Assembly: GCF_009914755.1 (NCBI RefSeq) | Contig: NC_060948.1 | Direction: 5' to 3' (one strand) | Length of the DNA: 64,000 bases | DNA from: the human T2T-CHM13v2.0 reference genome, Homo sapiens | Shown: one piece after another, positions 39,610 to 58,932 of the stretch | How positions within the stretch are numbered: the stretch's first letter is position 1 | Layout: every line of letters starts with the position of its first letter | The notes under the pieces: generated by a model | Databases searched by the model: none | Told to the model about the DNA's origin: nothing | Seen by the model: the letters and a program-made list of their open reading frames with translations, nothing else | Position numbers and translations under genes: made by a program

Positions 39610-41714
39610 AGATCCATATTTTTTAAATGAAAAAAAATTTCAAAGGTACTCTGCTTGGTACAATAATCAAATGTATAAACTGAGGAATAAAACATAAACA
39701 TGAAACCTACTTATAACTGCATATGGAAAATACAGAGGATAATTTTTTAAATAATATATTTTGAAAGCCTTAACTAGTAATTTGAAGAGTTGGCATTTGA
39801 AAGGCCAGTATGAATATACCTTCAAAGCAGCAACACAGGTTCCCCATGAGAAAAAGCAAACTCAGGGAAAATAAAACCACAAAGGTTCAATCTCTTCTGA
39901 CCTTTGAAAGACACAGCACAGACAGTGGTCCTTAGGACGAAGAGCAGGAGACCCCTAATTCCGTCACCATGGCGATAGGGCATAAACACTGCTGGGTGAG
40001 GGCACAATCCACATTGTGAGGTCCAACTGCTGCCAGGAAGACAGGAGTGCTTTTACATAGACCGAAAGGTCATTGAAGGCTCAGAGTTTTGTTTCAAGAA
40101 CTGAATCCCAAGCCCACACGTTATTAGGCTGCGCTTCTTAAAACAAGTTATGAGATGGGAAAAAGGGCACCCACAAACATACGTATACATTATGTATATA
40201 ATAATATACAGTATCATATATATAATATATATAACCTATGTATAATATTGTTTTACATCCTGCATCTTATATTATATATATTGTATAAAATATAATAATT
40301 GATAATATATAAGTTTTATATTTATACAATATGACATATAGTATATATTATAATTTATGACATATATAATATATGTTATATATCATATATTGAATATATT
40401 ATACGGTTAATATACGTATTAAATATAAATTATACATTATATGCATTATATATAATATATCTGCTATATATAATACCCATTATGCATAATATATATATTA
40501 TGTCTATGTTATATATAGTATAAAACAACATATAATAATATATAATTGTATATATAAAATGTGACATATAATATATATTATATTTTATGACATAGGTAAT
40601 ATATATTATATATTATATATAATACGTTGTATGTATAATAGCTATATTAAATATATATTATATGACTATGTTATTAATTACATGTCACATATGTTATATA
40701 TTATATATTATACATAGAATATACCGGTTATATACAATATATACTATGTTACCTATAATGTATAATTTATTACATGTAAAATAAAGAATGCAATATATTA
40801 TGTGTAATTTATAATATACAATATGTGGAATGTGATATATATAACATATAATATATGATATATGATATACAGTATATGATATATAACATACAATATATGA
40901 TACCTAATATATATGGTATACAATATATATTTTATGATATGTATTCTATATGTTTTATATTCTGTTATATATAACTGTTTGAAATTATATATAACTGTAT
41001 AATATTTTATGTAAATATGTAATATAATATATATAACTATATAATATATTATATATAACTATATATTATGTTATATATACTTTTATAACTTTATTTACAT
41101 AAAATATCATAGTATAATATATATTATATTACTTCATATTACATAATATATATTACATATCACCCAATATAAGTAACATACATAATATTATAATATAGAC
41201 TATATTATGTTATATTAAATATCATATATATCATGTATCATATATTCTATAATATGTATTATACATTATATAATATGCATGTTGTCTATTATGTGATATA
41301 TATAACTATATATATAATTATATTATTATACATATATCTAGATAAACATGTAATTCTACATATTTTCATTTATAATATATAGAATTACATAATCATATAT
41401 AATTATTTATATTCTATAAAAAATTATATCATTATATAAATTATAATATATAAAAATTATAATATGTACTACAAATATATATATTATATATCATATATGA
41501 TATAGTACCTTTGTTATATATCATAATACATATAAATGTGTATTATGTTATCTATAATTATATAATTTCATATATAAGATGTATAATATGTATCATATAT
41601 TATATATGTTATGTAATATATATAGTGTATATAAGATGACACAGGATAAATATTATATACTATGATATATAAGATATATGAGGTTATATGTTACATATAA
41701 GGCATAGCACATAA

Positions 41715-42029
<315 letters not shown>

Positions 42030-44134
42030 AGATCCATATTTTTTAAATGAAAAAAAATTTCAAAGGTACTCTGCTTGGTACAATAATCAAATGTATAAAC
42101 TGAGGAATAAAACATAAACATGAAACCTACTTATAACTGCATATGGAAAATACAGAGGATAATTTTTTAAATAATATATTTTGAAAGCCTTAACTAGTAA
42201 TTTGAAGAGTTGGCATTTGAAAGGCCAGTATGAATATACCTTCAAAGCAGCAACACAGGTTCCCCATGAGAAAAAGCAAACTCAGGGAAAATAAAACCAC
42301 AAAGGTTCAATCTCTTCTGACCTTTGAAAGACACAGCACAGACAGTGGTCCTTAGGACGAAGAGCAGGAGACCCCTAATTCCGTCACCATGGCGATAGGG
42401 CATAAACACTGCTGGGTGAGGGCACAATCCACATTGTGAGGTCCAACTGCTGCCAGGAAGACAGGAGTGCTTTTACATAGACCGAAAGGTCATTGAAGGC
42501 TCAGAGTTTTGTTTCAAGAACTGAATCCCAAGCCCACACGTTATTAGGCTGCGCTTCTTAAAACAAGTTATGAGATGGGAAAAAGGGCACCCACAAACAT
42601 ACGTATACATTATGTATATAATAATATACAGTATCATATATATAATATATATAACCTATGTATAATATTGTTTTACATCCTGCATCTTATATTAAATATA
42701 TTGTATAAAATATAATAATTGATAATATATAAGTTTTATATTTATACAATATGACATATAGTATATATTATAATTTATGACATATATAATATATGTTATA
42801 TATCATATATTGAATATATTATACGGTTAATATACGTATTAAATATAAATTATACATTATATGTATTATATATAATATATCTGCTATATATAATACCCAT
42901 TATGCATAATATATATATTATGTCTATGTTATATATAGTATAAAACAACATATAATAATATATAATTGTATATATAAAATGTGACATATAATATATATTA
43001 TATTTTATGACATAGGTAATATATATTATATATTATATATAATACGTTGTATGTATAATAGCTATATTAAATATATATTATATGACTATGTTATTAATTA
43101 CATGTCACATATGTTATATATTATATATTATACATAGAATATACCGGTTATATACAATATATACTATGTTACCTATAATGTATAATTTATTACATGTAAA
43201 ATAAAGAATGCAATATATTATGTGTAATTTATAATATACAATATGTGGAATGTGATATATATAACATATAATATATGATATATGATATACAGTATATGAT
43301 ATATAACATACAATATATGATACCTAATATATATGGTATACAATATATATTTTATGATATGTATTCTATATGTTTTATATTCTGTTATATATAACTGTTT
43401 GAAATTATATATAACTGTATAATATTTTATGTAAATATGTAATATAATATATATAACTATATAATATATTATATATAACTATATATTATGTTATATATAC
43501 TTTTATAACTTTATTTACATAAAATATCATAGTATAATATATATTATATTACTTCATATTACATAATATATATTACATATCACCCAATATAAGTAACATA
43601 CATAATATTATAATATAGACTATATTATGTTATATTAAATATCATATATATCATGTATCATATATTCTATAATATGTATTATACATTATATAATATGCAT
43701 GTTGTCTATTATGTGATATATATAACTATATATATAATTATATTATTATACATATATCTAGATAAACATGTAATTCTACATATTTTCATTTATAATATAT
43801 AGAATTACATAATCATATATAATTATTTATATTCTATAAAAAATTATATCATTATATAAATTATAATATATAAAAATTATAATATGTACTACAAATATAT
43901 ATATTATATATCATATATGATATAGTACCTTTGTTATATATCATAATACATATAAATGTGTATTATGTTATCTATAATTATATAATTTCATATATAAGAT
44001 GTATAATATTTATTATATATTATATATGTTATGTAATATATATAGTATATACAAGATGACACAGGATAAATATTATATACTATGACATATAAGATATATG
44101 AGGTTATATGTTACATATAAGGCATAGCACATAA

Positions 44135-44449
<315 letters not shown>

Positions 44450-46554
44450 AGATCCATATTTTTTAAATGAAAAAAAATTTCAAAGGTACTCTGCTTGGTA
44501 CAATAATCAAATGTATAAACTGAGGAATAAAACATAAACATGAAACCTACTTATAACTGCATATGGAAAATACAGAGGATAATTTTTTAAATAATATATT
44601 TTGAAAGCCTTAACTAGTAATTTGAAGAGTTGGCATTTGAAAGGCCAGTATGAATATACCTTCAAAGCAGCAACACAGGTTCCCCATGAGAAAAAGCAAA
44701 CTCAGGGAAAATAAAACCACAAAGGTTCAATCTCTTCTGACCTTTGAAAGACACAGCACAGACAGTGGTCCTTAGGACGAAGAGCAGGAGACCCCTAATT
44801 CCGTCACCATGGCGATAGGGCATAAACACTGCTGGGTGAGGGCACAATCCACATTGTGAGGTCCAACTGCTGCCAGGAAGACAGGAGTGCTTTTACATAG
44901 ACCGAAAGGTCATTGAAGGCTCAGAGTTTTGTTTCAAGAACTGAATCCCAAGCCCACACGTTATTAGGCTGCGCTTCTTAAAACAAGTTATGAGATGGGA
45001 AAAAGGGCACCCACAAACATACGTATACATTATGTATATAATAATATACAGTATCATATATATAATATATATAACCTATGTATAATATTGTTTTACATCC
45101 TGCATCTTATATTATATATATTGTATAAAATATAATAATTGATAATATATAAGTTTTATATTTATACAATATGACATATAGTATATATTATAATTTATGA
45201 CATATATAATATATGTTATATATCATATATTGAATATATTATACGGTTAATATACGTATTAAATATAAATTATACATTATATGTATTATATATAATATAT
45301 CTGCTATATATAATACCCATTATGCATAATATATATATTATGTCTATGTTATATATAGTATAAAACAACATATAATAATATATAATTGTATATATAAAAT
45401 GTGACATATAATATATATTATATTTTATGACATAGGTAATATATATTATACATTATATATAATACGTTGTATGTATAATAGCTATATTAAATATATATTA
45501 TATGACTATGTTATTAATTACATGTCACATATGTTATATATTATATATTATACATAGAATATACCGGTTATATACAATATATACTATGTTACCTATAATG
45601 TATAATTTATTACATGTAAAATAAAGAATGCAATATATTATGTGTAATTTATAATATACAATATGTGGAATGTGATATATATAACATATAATATATGATA
45701 TATGATATACAGTATATGATATATAACATACAATATATGATACCTAATATATATGGTATACAATATATATTTTATGATATGTATTCTATATGTTTTATAT
45801 TCTGTTATATATAACTGTTTGAAATTATATATAACTGTATAATATTTTATGTAAATATGTAATATAATATATATAACTATATAATATATTATATATAACT
45901 ATATATTATGTTATATATACTTTTATAACTTTATTTACATAAAATATCATAGTATAATATATATTATATTACTTCATATTACATAATATATATTACATAT
46001 CACCCAATATAAGTAACATACATAATATTATAATATAGACTATATTATGTTATATTAAATATCATATATATCATGTATCATATATTCTATAATATGTATT
46101 ATACATTATATAATATGCATGTTGTCTATTATGTGATATATATAACTATATATATAATTATATTATTATACATATATCTAGATAAACATGTAATTCTACA
46201 TATTTTCATTTATAATATATAGAATTACATAATCATATATAATTATTTATATTCTATAAAAAATTATATCATTATATAAATTATAATATATAAAAATTAT
46301 AATATGTACTACAAATATATATATTATATATCATATATGATATAGTACCTTTGTTATATATCATAATACATATAAATGTGTATTATGTTATCTATAATTA
46401 TATAATTTCATATATAAGATGTATAATATGTATCATATATTATATATGTTATGTAATATATATAGTGTATATAAGATGACACAGGATAAATATTATATAC
46501 TATGACATATAAGATATATGAGGTTATATGTTACATATAAGGCATAGCACATAA

Positions 46555-46869
<315 letters not shown>

Positions 46870-48997
46870 AGATCCATATTTTTTAAATGAAAAAAAATTT
46901 CAAAGGTACTCTGCTTGGTACAATAATCAAATGTATAAACTGAGGAATAAAACATAAACATGAAACCTACTTATAACTGCATATGGAAAATACAGAGGAT
47001 AATTTTTTAAATAATATATTTTGAAAGCCTTAACTAGTAATTTGAAGAGTTGGCATTTGAAAGGCCAGTATGAATATACCTTCAAAGCAGCAACACAGGT
47101 TCCCCATGAGAAAAAGCAAACTCAGGGAAAATAAAACCACAAAGGTTCAATCTCTTCTGACCTTTGAAAGACACAGCACAGACAGTGGTCCTTAGGACGA
47201 AGAGCAGGAGACCCCTAATTCCGTCACCATGGCGATAGGGCATAAACACTGCTGGGTGAGGGCACAATCCACATTGTGAGGTCCAACTGCTGCCAGGAAG
47301 ACAGGAGTGCTTTTACATAGACCGAAAGGTCATTGAAGGCTCAGAGTTTTGTTTCAAGAACTGAATCCCAAGCCCACACGTTATTAGGCTGCGCTTCTTA
47401 AAACAAGTTATGAGATGGGAAAAAGGGCACCCACAAACATACGTATACATTATGTATATAATAATATACAGTATCATATATATAATATATATAACCTATG
47501 TATAATATTGTTTTACATCCTGCATCTTATATTATATATATTGTATAAAATATAATAATTGATAATATATAAGTTTTATATTTATACAATATGACATATA
47601 GTATATATTATAATTTATGACATATATAATATATGTTATATATCATATATTGAATATATTATACGGTTAATATACGTATTAAATATAAATTATACATTAT
47701 ATGTATTATATATAATATATCTGCTATATATAATACCCATTATGCATAATATATATATTATGTCTATGTTATATATAGTATAAAACAACATATAATAATA
47801 TATAATTGTATATATAAAATGTGACATATAATATATATTATATTTTATGACATAGGTAATATATATTATATATTATATATAATACGTTGTATGTATAATA
47901 GCTATATTAAATATATATTATATGACTATGTTATTAATTACATGTCACATATGTTATATATTATATATTATACATAGAATATACCGGTTATATACAATAT
48001 ATACTATGTTACCTATAATGTATAATTTATTACATGTAAAATAAAGAATGCAATATATTATGTGTAATTTATAATATACAATATGTGGAATGTGATATAT
48101 ATAACATATAATATATGATATATGATATACAGTATATGATATATAACATACAATATATGATACCTAATATATATGGTATACAATATATATTTTATGATAT
48201 GTATTCTATATGTTTTATATTCTGTTATATATAACTGTTTGAAATTATATATAACTGTATAATATTTTATGTAAATATGTAATATAATATATATAACTAT
48301 ATAATATATTATATATAACTATATATTATGTTATATATACTTTTATAACTTTATTTACATAAAATATCATAGTATAATATATATTATATTACTTCATATT
48401 ACATAATATATATTACATATCACCCAATATAAGTAACATACATAATATTATAATATAGACTATATTATGTTATATTAAATATCATATATATCATGTATCA
48501 TATATTCTATAATATGTATTATACATTATATAATATGCATGTTGTCTATTATGTGATATATATAACTATATATATAATTATATTATTATACATATATCTA
48601 GATAAACATGTAATTCTACATATTTTCATTTATAATATATAGAATTACATAATCATATATAATTATTTATATTCTATAAAAAATTATATCATTATATAAA
48701 TTATAATATATAAAAATTATAATATGTACTACAAATATATATATTATATATCATATATGATATAGTACCTTTGTTATATATCATAATACATATAAATGTG
48801 TATTATGTTATCTATAATTATATAATTTCATATATAAGATGTATAATATGTATCATATATTATATATGTTATGTAATATATATAGTGTATATAAGATGAC
48901 ACAGGATAAATATTATATACTATGACATATAAAATATATGAGGTTATATGTTACATATAAGGCATAGCACATAACATGTAATATATATCATATATAA

Positions 48998-49273
48998 TTT
49001 TTTTTTAGACAGAATCTTGTCCTGTTGCACAGGGTGGGGTACAATGGCGCCATCTTTGCTCACTGCAACTTCTGCCTCACGGGTCCAAGCGATTGTCCTC
49101 CCTGAGCCTCCCAGGTAGCTGGGACTACACCAGCTGCCACCATGCCTAGCTAATTTTTTGGATTTTTAGTAGTGACAGCGTTTCACTGTATTGGCCAGGA
49201 TGGTCTTGATCTCTTCACCTTGTGATCCCCTTGCCTTAGCCTCCAAATTTGCTGGGATTACAGGCCTGAGCCA
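48998..49273 (-). mobile_element. Alu of DYZ2 unit 21 (B alleles; lacks the 16-bp internal duplication)
   Basis: gtagctgggactacaccagctgccac at ~49115-49140; the unit is 16 bp shorter (2404). Confidence 0.95.
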
Positions 49274-51378
49274 AGATCCATATTTTTTAAATGAAAAAAA
49301 ATTTCAAAGGTACTCTGCTTGGTACAATAATCAAATGTATAAACTGAGGAATAAAACATAACCATGAAACCTACTTATAACTGCATATGGAAAATACAGA
49401 GGATAATTTTTTAAATAACATATTTTGAAAGCCTTAACTAGTAATTTGAAGAGTTGGCATTTGAAAGGCCAGTATGAATATACCTTCAAAGCAGCAACAC
49501 AGGTTCCCCATGAGAAAAAGCAAACACAGGGAAAATAAAAACACAAAGGTTCAATCTCTTCTGACCTTTGAAAGACACAGCACAGACAGTGGTCCTTAGG
49601 ACGAAGAGCAGGAGACCCCTAATTCCGTCACCATGGCGATAGTGCATAAACATTGCTGGGTGAGGGCACAATCCACATTGTGAGGTCCAACTGCTGCCAG
49701 GAAGACAGGAGTGCTTTTACATAGACCGAAAGGTCATTGAAGGCTCAGAGTTTTGTTTCAAGAACTGAATCCCAAGCCCACACGTTATTAGGCTGCGCTT
49801 CTTAAAACAAGTTATGAGATGGGAAAAAGGGCACCCACAAACATACGTATACATTATGTATATAATAATATACAGTGTCATATATATAATATATATAACC
49901 TATGTATAATATTGTTTTACATCCTGCATCTTATGTTATATATATTGTATAAAATATAATAATTGATAATATATAACTTTTATAATTATACAATAGGACA
50001 TATAGTATATATTATAATTTATGACATATATAATATATGTTATGTATCATATACAGAATATATTATACGGTTAATATACGTATTAAATATAAATTATACA
50101 TTATATATATTATATATAATATATCTGTTATATATAATACCCGTTATGCATAATATATATATTATGTCTATGTTATATATAGTATAAAACAACATATAAT
50201 AATATATAATTGTATATATAAAATGCGACATATAATATATATTATATTTTATGACATATGTAATATATATTATATATTATATATAATACGTTGTATGTAT
50301 AATACCTATATTAAATATATATTATATGACTATGTTATTAATTACATGTCACATGTGTTATATATTATATATTTTACATAGAATATACCGGTTACATACA
50401 ATATATACTATGTTACCTATAATGTATAATTTATTACATGTAAAATAAAGAATGCAATATATTATGTATAATTTATAATATACAATATGTGGAATGTGAT
50501 ATATATAACATATAATATATGATATATGATATACAGTATATGATATATAACATACAATATATGATTCCTAATATATATGGTATACAATATATATTTTATG
50601 ATATGTATTCTATATGTTTTATATTCTGTTATATATAACTATTTGTAATTATATATAACTGTATAATATTTTATGTAAATATGTAATATAATATATATAA
50701 CTATATAATATATTATATATAACTATATATTATGTTATATATACTTTTATAACATAATTTACATAAAATATCATAATATAATATATATTATATTATTTCA
50801 TATTACATAATATATATTACATATCACCCAATATAACTAACATACATAATATTATAATATACATTATATTGTGTTATATTAAATATCATATATATCATGT
50901 ATCATATATTCTATAATATATATTACACATTATATAATATGTATGTTGTCTATTATGTGATATATATAACTATATATATAATTATATTTTTATACATATA
51001 ACTAGATAAACATGTAATTCTACATATTTTCATTTATAATATGTAGAATTATATAATCATATATAATTACTTATATTCCATAAAAAATTATATCATTATA
51101 TAAATTATAATATATAAAAATTATAATATGTACTACAAATATATATATTATATATCATATATGATATAGTACCTTTGTTATATATCATAATACATATAAA
51201 TGTGTATTATGTTATCTATAATTATATAATTTCATATATAAGATGTATAATATGTATCATATATTATATATGTTATGTAATATATATAGTATATATAAGA
51301 TGACACAGGATAAATATTATATACTATGACATATAAAATATATGAGGTTATATGTTACATATAAGGCATAGCACATAA

Positions 51379-51693
<315 letters not shown>

Positions 51694-53791
51694 AGATCCA
51701 TATTTTTTAAATGAAAAAAAATTTAAAAAGGTACTCTGCTTGGTACAATAATCAAATGTATAAACTGAGGAATAAAACATAACCATGAAACCTACTTATA
51801 ACTGCATATGGAAAATACAGAGGATAATTTTTTAAATAACATATTTTGAAAGCCTTAACTAGTAATTTGAAGAGCTGGCATTTGAAAGGCCAGTATGAAT
51901 ATACCTTCAAAGCAGCAACACAGGTTCCCCATGAGAAAAAGCAAACACAGGGAAAATAAAAACACAAAGGTTCAATCTCTTCTGACCTTTGAAAGACACA
52001 GCACAGACAGTGGTCCTTAGGACGAAGAGCAGGAGACCCCTAATTCCGTCACCATGGCGATAGGGCATAAACATTGCTGGGTGAGGGCACAATCCACATT
52101 GTGAGGTCCAACTGCTGCCAGGAAGACAGGAGTGCTTTTACATAGACCGAAAGGTCATTGAAGGCTCAGAGTTTTGTTTCAAGAACTGAATCCCAAGCCC
52201 ACACGTTATTAGGCTGCGCTTCTTAAAACAAGTTATGAGATGGGAAAAAGGGCACCCACAAACATACGTATACATTATGTATATAATAATATACAGTATC
52301 ATATATATAATATATATAACCTATGTATAATATTGTTTTACAACCTGCATCTTATGTTATATATATTGTATAAAATATAATAATTGATAATGTATAAGTT
52401 TATATTTATACAATATGACATAGAGTATATATTATAATTTATGACATATATAATATATGTTATATGTCATATATAGAATATATTATACGGTTAATATACG
52501 TATTAAATATAAATTATACATTATATATATTATATATAATATATCTGTTATATATAATACCCATTATGCATAATATATATATTATGTCTATGTTATATAT
52601 AGTATAAAACAACATATAATAATATATAATTGTATATATAAAATGCGACATATAATATATATTATATTTTATAACATATGTAATATATATTATATAGAAT
52701 ACGTTGTATGTATAATACCTATATTAAATATATATTATATGACTATGTTATTAATTACATGTCACATGTGTTATATATTATATATTTTACATAGAATATA
52801 CCGGTTACATACAATATATACCATGTTACCTATAATGTATAATTTATTACATGTAAAATAAAGAATGTAATATATTATGTATAATTTATAATATACAATA
52901 TGTGGAATGTGATATATATAACATATAATATATGATATATGATATACAGTATATGATATATAACATACAATATATGATTCCTAATATATATGGTATACAA
53001 TATATATTTTATGATATGTATTCTATATGTTTTATATTCTGTTATATATAACTATTTGAAATTATATATAACTGTATAATATTTTATGTAAATATGTAAT
53101 ATAATATATATAACTACATAATATATTATATATAACTATATATTATGTTATATATACTTTTATAACATAATTTACATAAAATATCATAATATAATATATA
53201 TTATATTATTTCATATTACATAAAATATATTACATATCACCCAATATAACTAACATACATAATATTATAATATAGATTATATTATGTTATAATAAATATC
53301 ATATATATCATGTATCATATATTCTATAATATATATTACACATTATATAATATGTATGTTGTCTATTATGTGATATATATAACTATATATATAATTATAT
53401 TTTTATACATATAACTAGATAAACATGTAATTCTACATATTTTCATTTATAATATGTAGAATTATATAATCATATATAATTATTTATATTCTATAAAAAA
53501 TTTTATCATTATATAAATTATAATATATAAAAATTATAATATGTACTACAAATATATATATTATATATCATATATGCTATAGTACCTTTGTTATATATCA
53601 TAATACATATAAATGTGTATTATGTTATCTATAATTATATAATTTCATATATAAGTTGTATAATATGTATCATATATTATATATGTTATGTAATATATAT
53701 AGTATATATAAGATGACACAGGATAAATATTATATACTATGACATATAAAATATATGAGGTTATATGTTACATATAAGGCATAGCACATAA

Positions 53792-54106
<315 letters not shown>

Positions 54107-56204
54107 AGATCCATATTTTTTAAATGAAAAAAAATTTAAAAAGGTACTCTGCTTGGTACAATAATCAAATGTATAAACTGAGGAATAAAACATAACCATG
54201 AAACCTACTTATAACTGCATATGGAAAATACAGAGGATAATTTTTTAAATAACATATTTTGAAAGCCTTAACTAGTAATTTGAAGAGCTGGCATTTGAAA
54301 GGCCAGTATGAATATACCTTCAAAGCAGCAACACAGGTTCCCCATGAGAAAAAGCAAACACAGGGAAAATAAAAACACAAAGGTTCAATCTCTTCTGACC
54401 TTTGAAAGACACAGCACAGACAGTGGTCCTTAGGACGAAGAGCAGGAGACCCCTAATTCCGTCACCATGGCGATAGGGCATAAACATTGCTGGGTGAGGG
54501 CACAATCCACATTGTGAGGTCCAACTGCTGCCAGGAAGACAGGAGTGCTTTTACATAGACCGAAAGGTCATTGAAGGCTCAGAGTTTTGTTTCAAGAACT
54601 GAATCCCAAGCCCACACGTTATTAGGCTGCGCTTCTTAAAACAAGTTATGAGATGGGAAAAAGGGCACCCACAAACATACGTATACATTATGTATATAAT
54701 AATATACAGTATCATATATATAATATATATAACCTATGTATAATATTGTTTTACAACCTGCATCTTATGTTATATATATTGTATAAAATATAATAATTGA
54801 TAATGTATAAGTTTATATTTATACAATATGACATAGAGTATATATTATAATTTATGACATATATAATATATGTTATATGTCATATATAGAATATATTATA
54901 CGGTTAATATACGTATTAAATATAAATTATACATTATATATATTATATATAATATATCTGTTATATATAATACCCATTATGCATAATATATATATTATGT
55001 CTATGTTATATATAGTATAAAACAACATATAATAATATATAATTGTATATATAAAATGCGACATATAATATATATTATATTTTATAACATATGTAATATA
55101 TATTATATAGAATACGTTGTATGTATAATACCTATATTAAATATATATTATATGACTATGTTATTAATTACATGTCACATGTGTTATATATTTTATATTT
55201 TACATGGAATATACCGGTTACATACAATATATACTATGTTACCTATACTGTATAATTTATTACATGTAAAATAAAGAATGCAATATATTATGTATAATTT
55301 ATAATATACAATATGTGGAATGTGATATATGTAACATATAATATATGATATATGATATACAGTATATGATATATAACATACAATATATGATTCCTAATAT
55401 ATATGGTATACAATATATATTTTATGATATGTATTCTATATGTTTTATATTCTGTTATATATAACTATTTGAAATTATATATAACTGTATAATATTTTAT
55501 GTAAATATGTAATATAATATATATAACTATATAATATATTATATATAACTATATATTATGTTATATATACTTTTATAACATAATTTACCTAAAATATCAT
55601 AATATAATATATATTATATTATTTCATATTACATAATATATATTACATATCACCCAATATAACTAACATACATAATATTATAATATAGATTATATTGTAT
55701 TATATTAAATATCATATATATCATGTATCATATATTCTATAATATATATTACACATTATATAATATGTATGTTGTCTATTATGTGATATATATAACTATA
55801 TATATAATTATATTTTTATACATATAACTAGATAAACATGTAATTCTACATATTTTCATTTATAATATGTAGAATTATATAATCATATATAATTATTTAT
55901 ATTCTATAAAAAATTTTATCTTTATATAAATTATAATATATAAAAATTATAATATGTACTTCAAATATATATATTATATATCATATATGCTATAGTACCT
56001 TTGTTATATATCATAATACATATAAATGTGTATTATGTTATCTATAATTATATAATTTCATATATAAGTTGTATAATATGTATCATATATTATATATGTT
56101 ATGTAATATATATAGTATATATAAGATGACACAGGATAAATATTATATACTATGACATATAAAATATATGAGGTTATATGTTACATATAAGGCATAGCAC
56201 ATAA

Positions 56205-56519
<315 letters not shown>

Positions 56520-58617
56520 AGATCCATATTTTTTAAATGAAAAAAAATTTCAAAGGTACTCTGCTTGGTACAATAATCAAATGTATAAACTGAGGAATAA
56601 AACATAACCATGAAACCTACTTATAACTGCATATGGAAAATACAGAGGATAATTTTTTAAATAACATATTTTGAAAGCCTTAACTAGTAATTTGAAGAGT
56701 TGGCATTTGAAAGGCCAGTATGAATATACCTTCAAAGCAGCAACACAGGTTCCCCATGAGAAAAAGCAAACACAGGGAAAATAAAAACACAAAGGTTCAA
56801 TCTCTTCTGACCTTTGAAAGACACAGCACAGACAGTGGTCCTTAGGACGAAGAGCAGGAGACCCCTAATTCCGTCACCATGGCGATAGGGCATAAACATT
56901 GCTGGGTGAGGGCACAATCCACATTGTGAGGTACAACTGCTGCCAGGAAGACAGGAGTGCTTTTACATAGACCGAAAGGTCATTGAAGGCTCAGAGTTTT
57001 GTTTCAAGAACTGAATCCCAAGCCCACACGTTATTAGGCTGCGCTTCTTAAAACAAGTTATGAGATGGGAAAAAGGGCACCCACAAACATACGTATACAT
57101 TATGTATATAATAATATACAGTATCATATATATAATATATATAACCTATGTATAATATTGTTTTACATCCTGCATCTTATGTTATATATATTGTATAAAA
57201 TATAATAATTGATAATATATAAGTTTTATAATTATACAATATGACATAGAGTATATATTATAATTTATGACATATATAATATATGTTATATATCATATAT
57301 AGAATATATTATACGGTTAATATACGTATTAAATATAAATTATACATTATATATATTATATATAATATATCTGTTATATATAATACACATTATGCATAAT
57401 ATATATATTATGTCTATGTTATATATAGTATAAAACAACATATATTAATATATAATTGTATATATAAAATGCGACATATAATATATATTATATTTTATAA
57501 CATATGTAATATATATTATATATAATACGTTGTATGTATAATACCTATATTAAATATATATTATATGACTATGTTATTAATTACATGTCACATGTGTTAT
57601 ATATTATATATTTTACATAGAATATACCGGTTACATACAATATATACTATGTTACCTATAATGTATAATTTATTACATGTAAAATAAAGAATGCAATATA
57701 TTATGTATAATTTATAATATACAATATGTGGAATGTGATATATGTAACATATAATATATGATATATGATATACAGTATATGATAAATAACATACAATATA
57801 TGATTCCTAATATATATGGTATACAATATATATTTTATGATATGTATTCTATATGTTTTATACTCTGTTATATATAACTATTTGAAATTATATATAACTG
57901 TATAATATTTTATGTAAATATGTAATATAATATATATAACTATATAATATATTATATATAACTATATATTATGTTATATATACTTTTATAACATAATTTA
58001 CATAAAATATCATAATATAATATATATTATATTATTTCATATTACATAATATATATTACATATCACCCAATATAACTAACATACATAATATTATAATATA
58101 GATTATATTATGTTATATTAAATATCATATATATCATGTATCATATATTCTATAATATATATTACACATTATATAATATGTATGTTGTCTATTATGTGAT
58201 ATATATAACTATATATATAATTATATTTTTATACATATAACTAGATAAACATGTAATTTTACATATTTTCATTTATAATATGTAGAATTATATAATCATA
58301 TATAATTATTTATATTCTATAAAAAATTTTATCATTATATAAATTATAATATATAAAAATTATAATATGTACTACAAATATATATATTATATATCATATA
58401 TGATATAGTACCTTTGTTATATATCATAATACATATAAATGTGTATTATGTTATCTATAATTATATAATTTCATATATAGGATGTATAATATGTATCATA
58501 TATTATATATGTTATGTAATATATATAGTATATATAAGATGACACAGGATAAATATTATATACTATGACATATAAAATATATGAGGTTATATGTTACATA
58601 TAAGGCATAGCACATAA

Positions 58618-58932
<315 letters not shown>

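Noticed and set aside
49331-49546. 71-aa and 66-aa minus-strand ORFs confined to B units
   Set aside because: They are opened by point changes or a 1-bp indel. The 66-aa ORF reads into Alu sequence (WLRPVIPA..EAKARGS), the typical Alu translation artefact.
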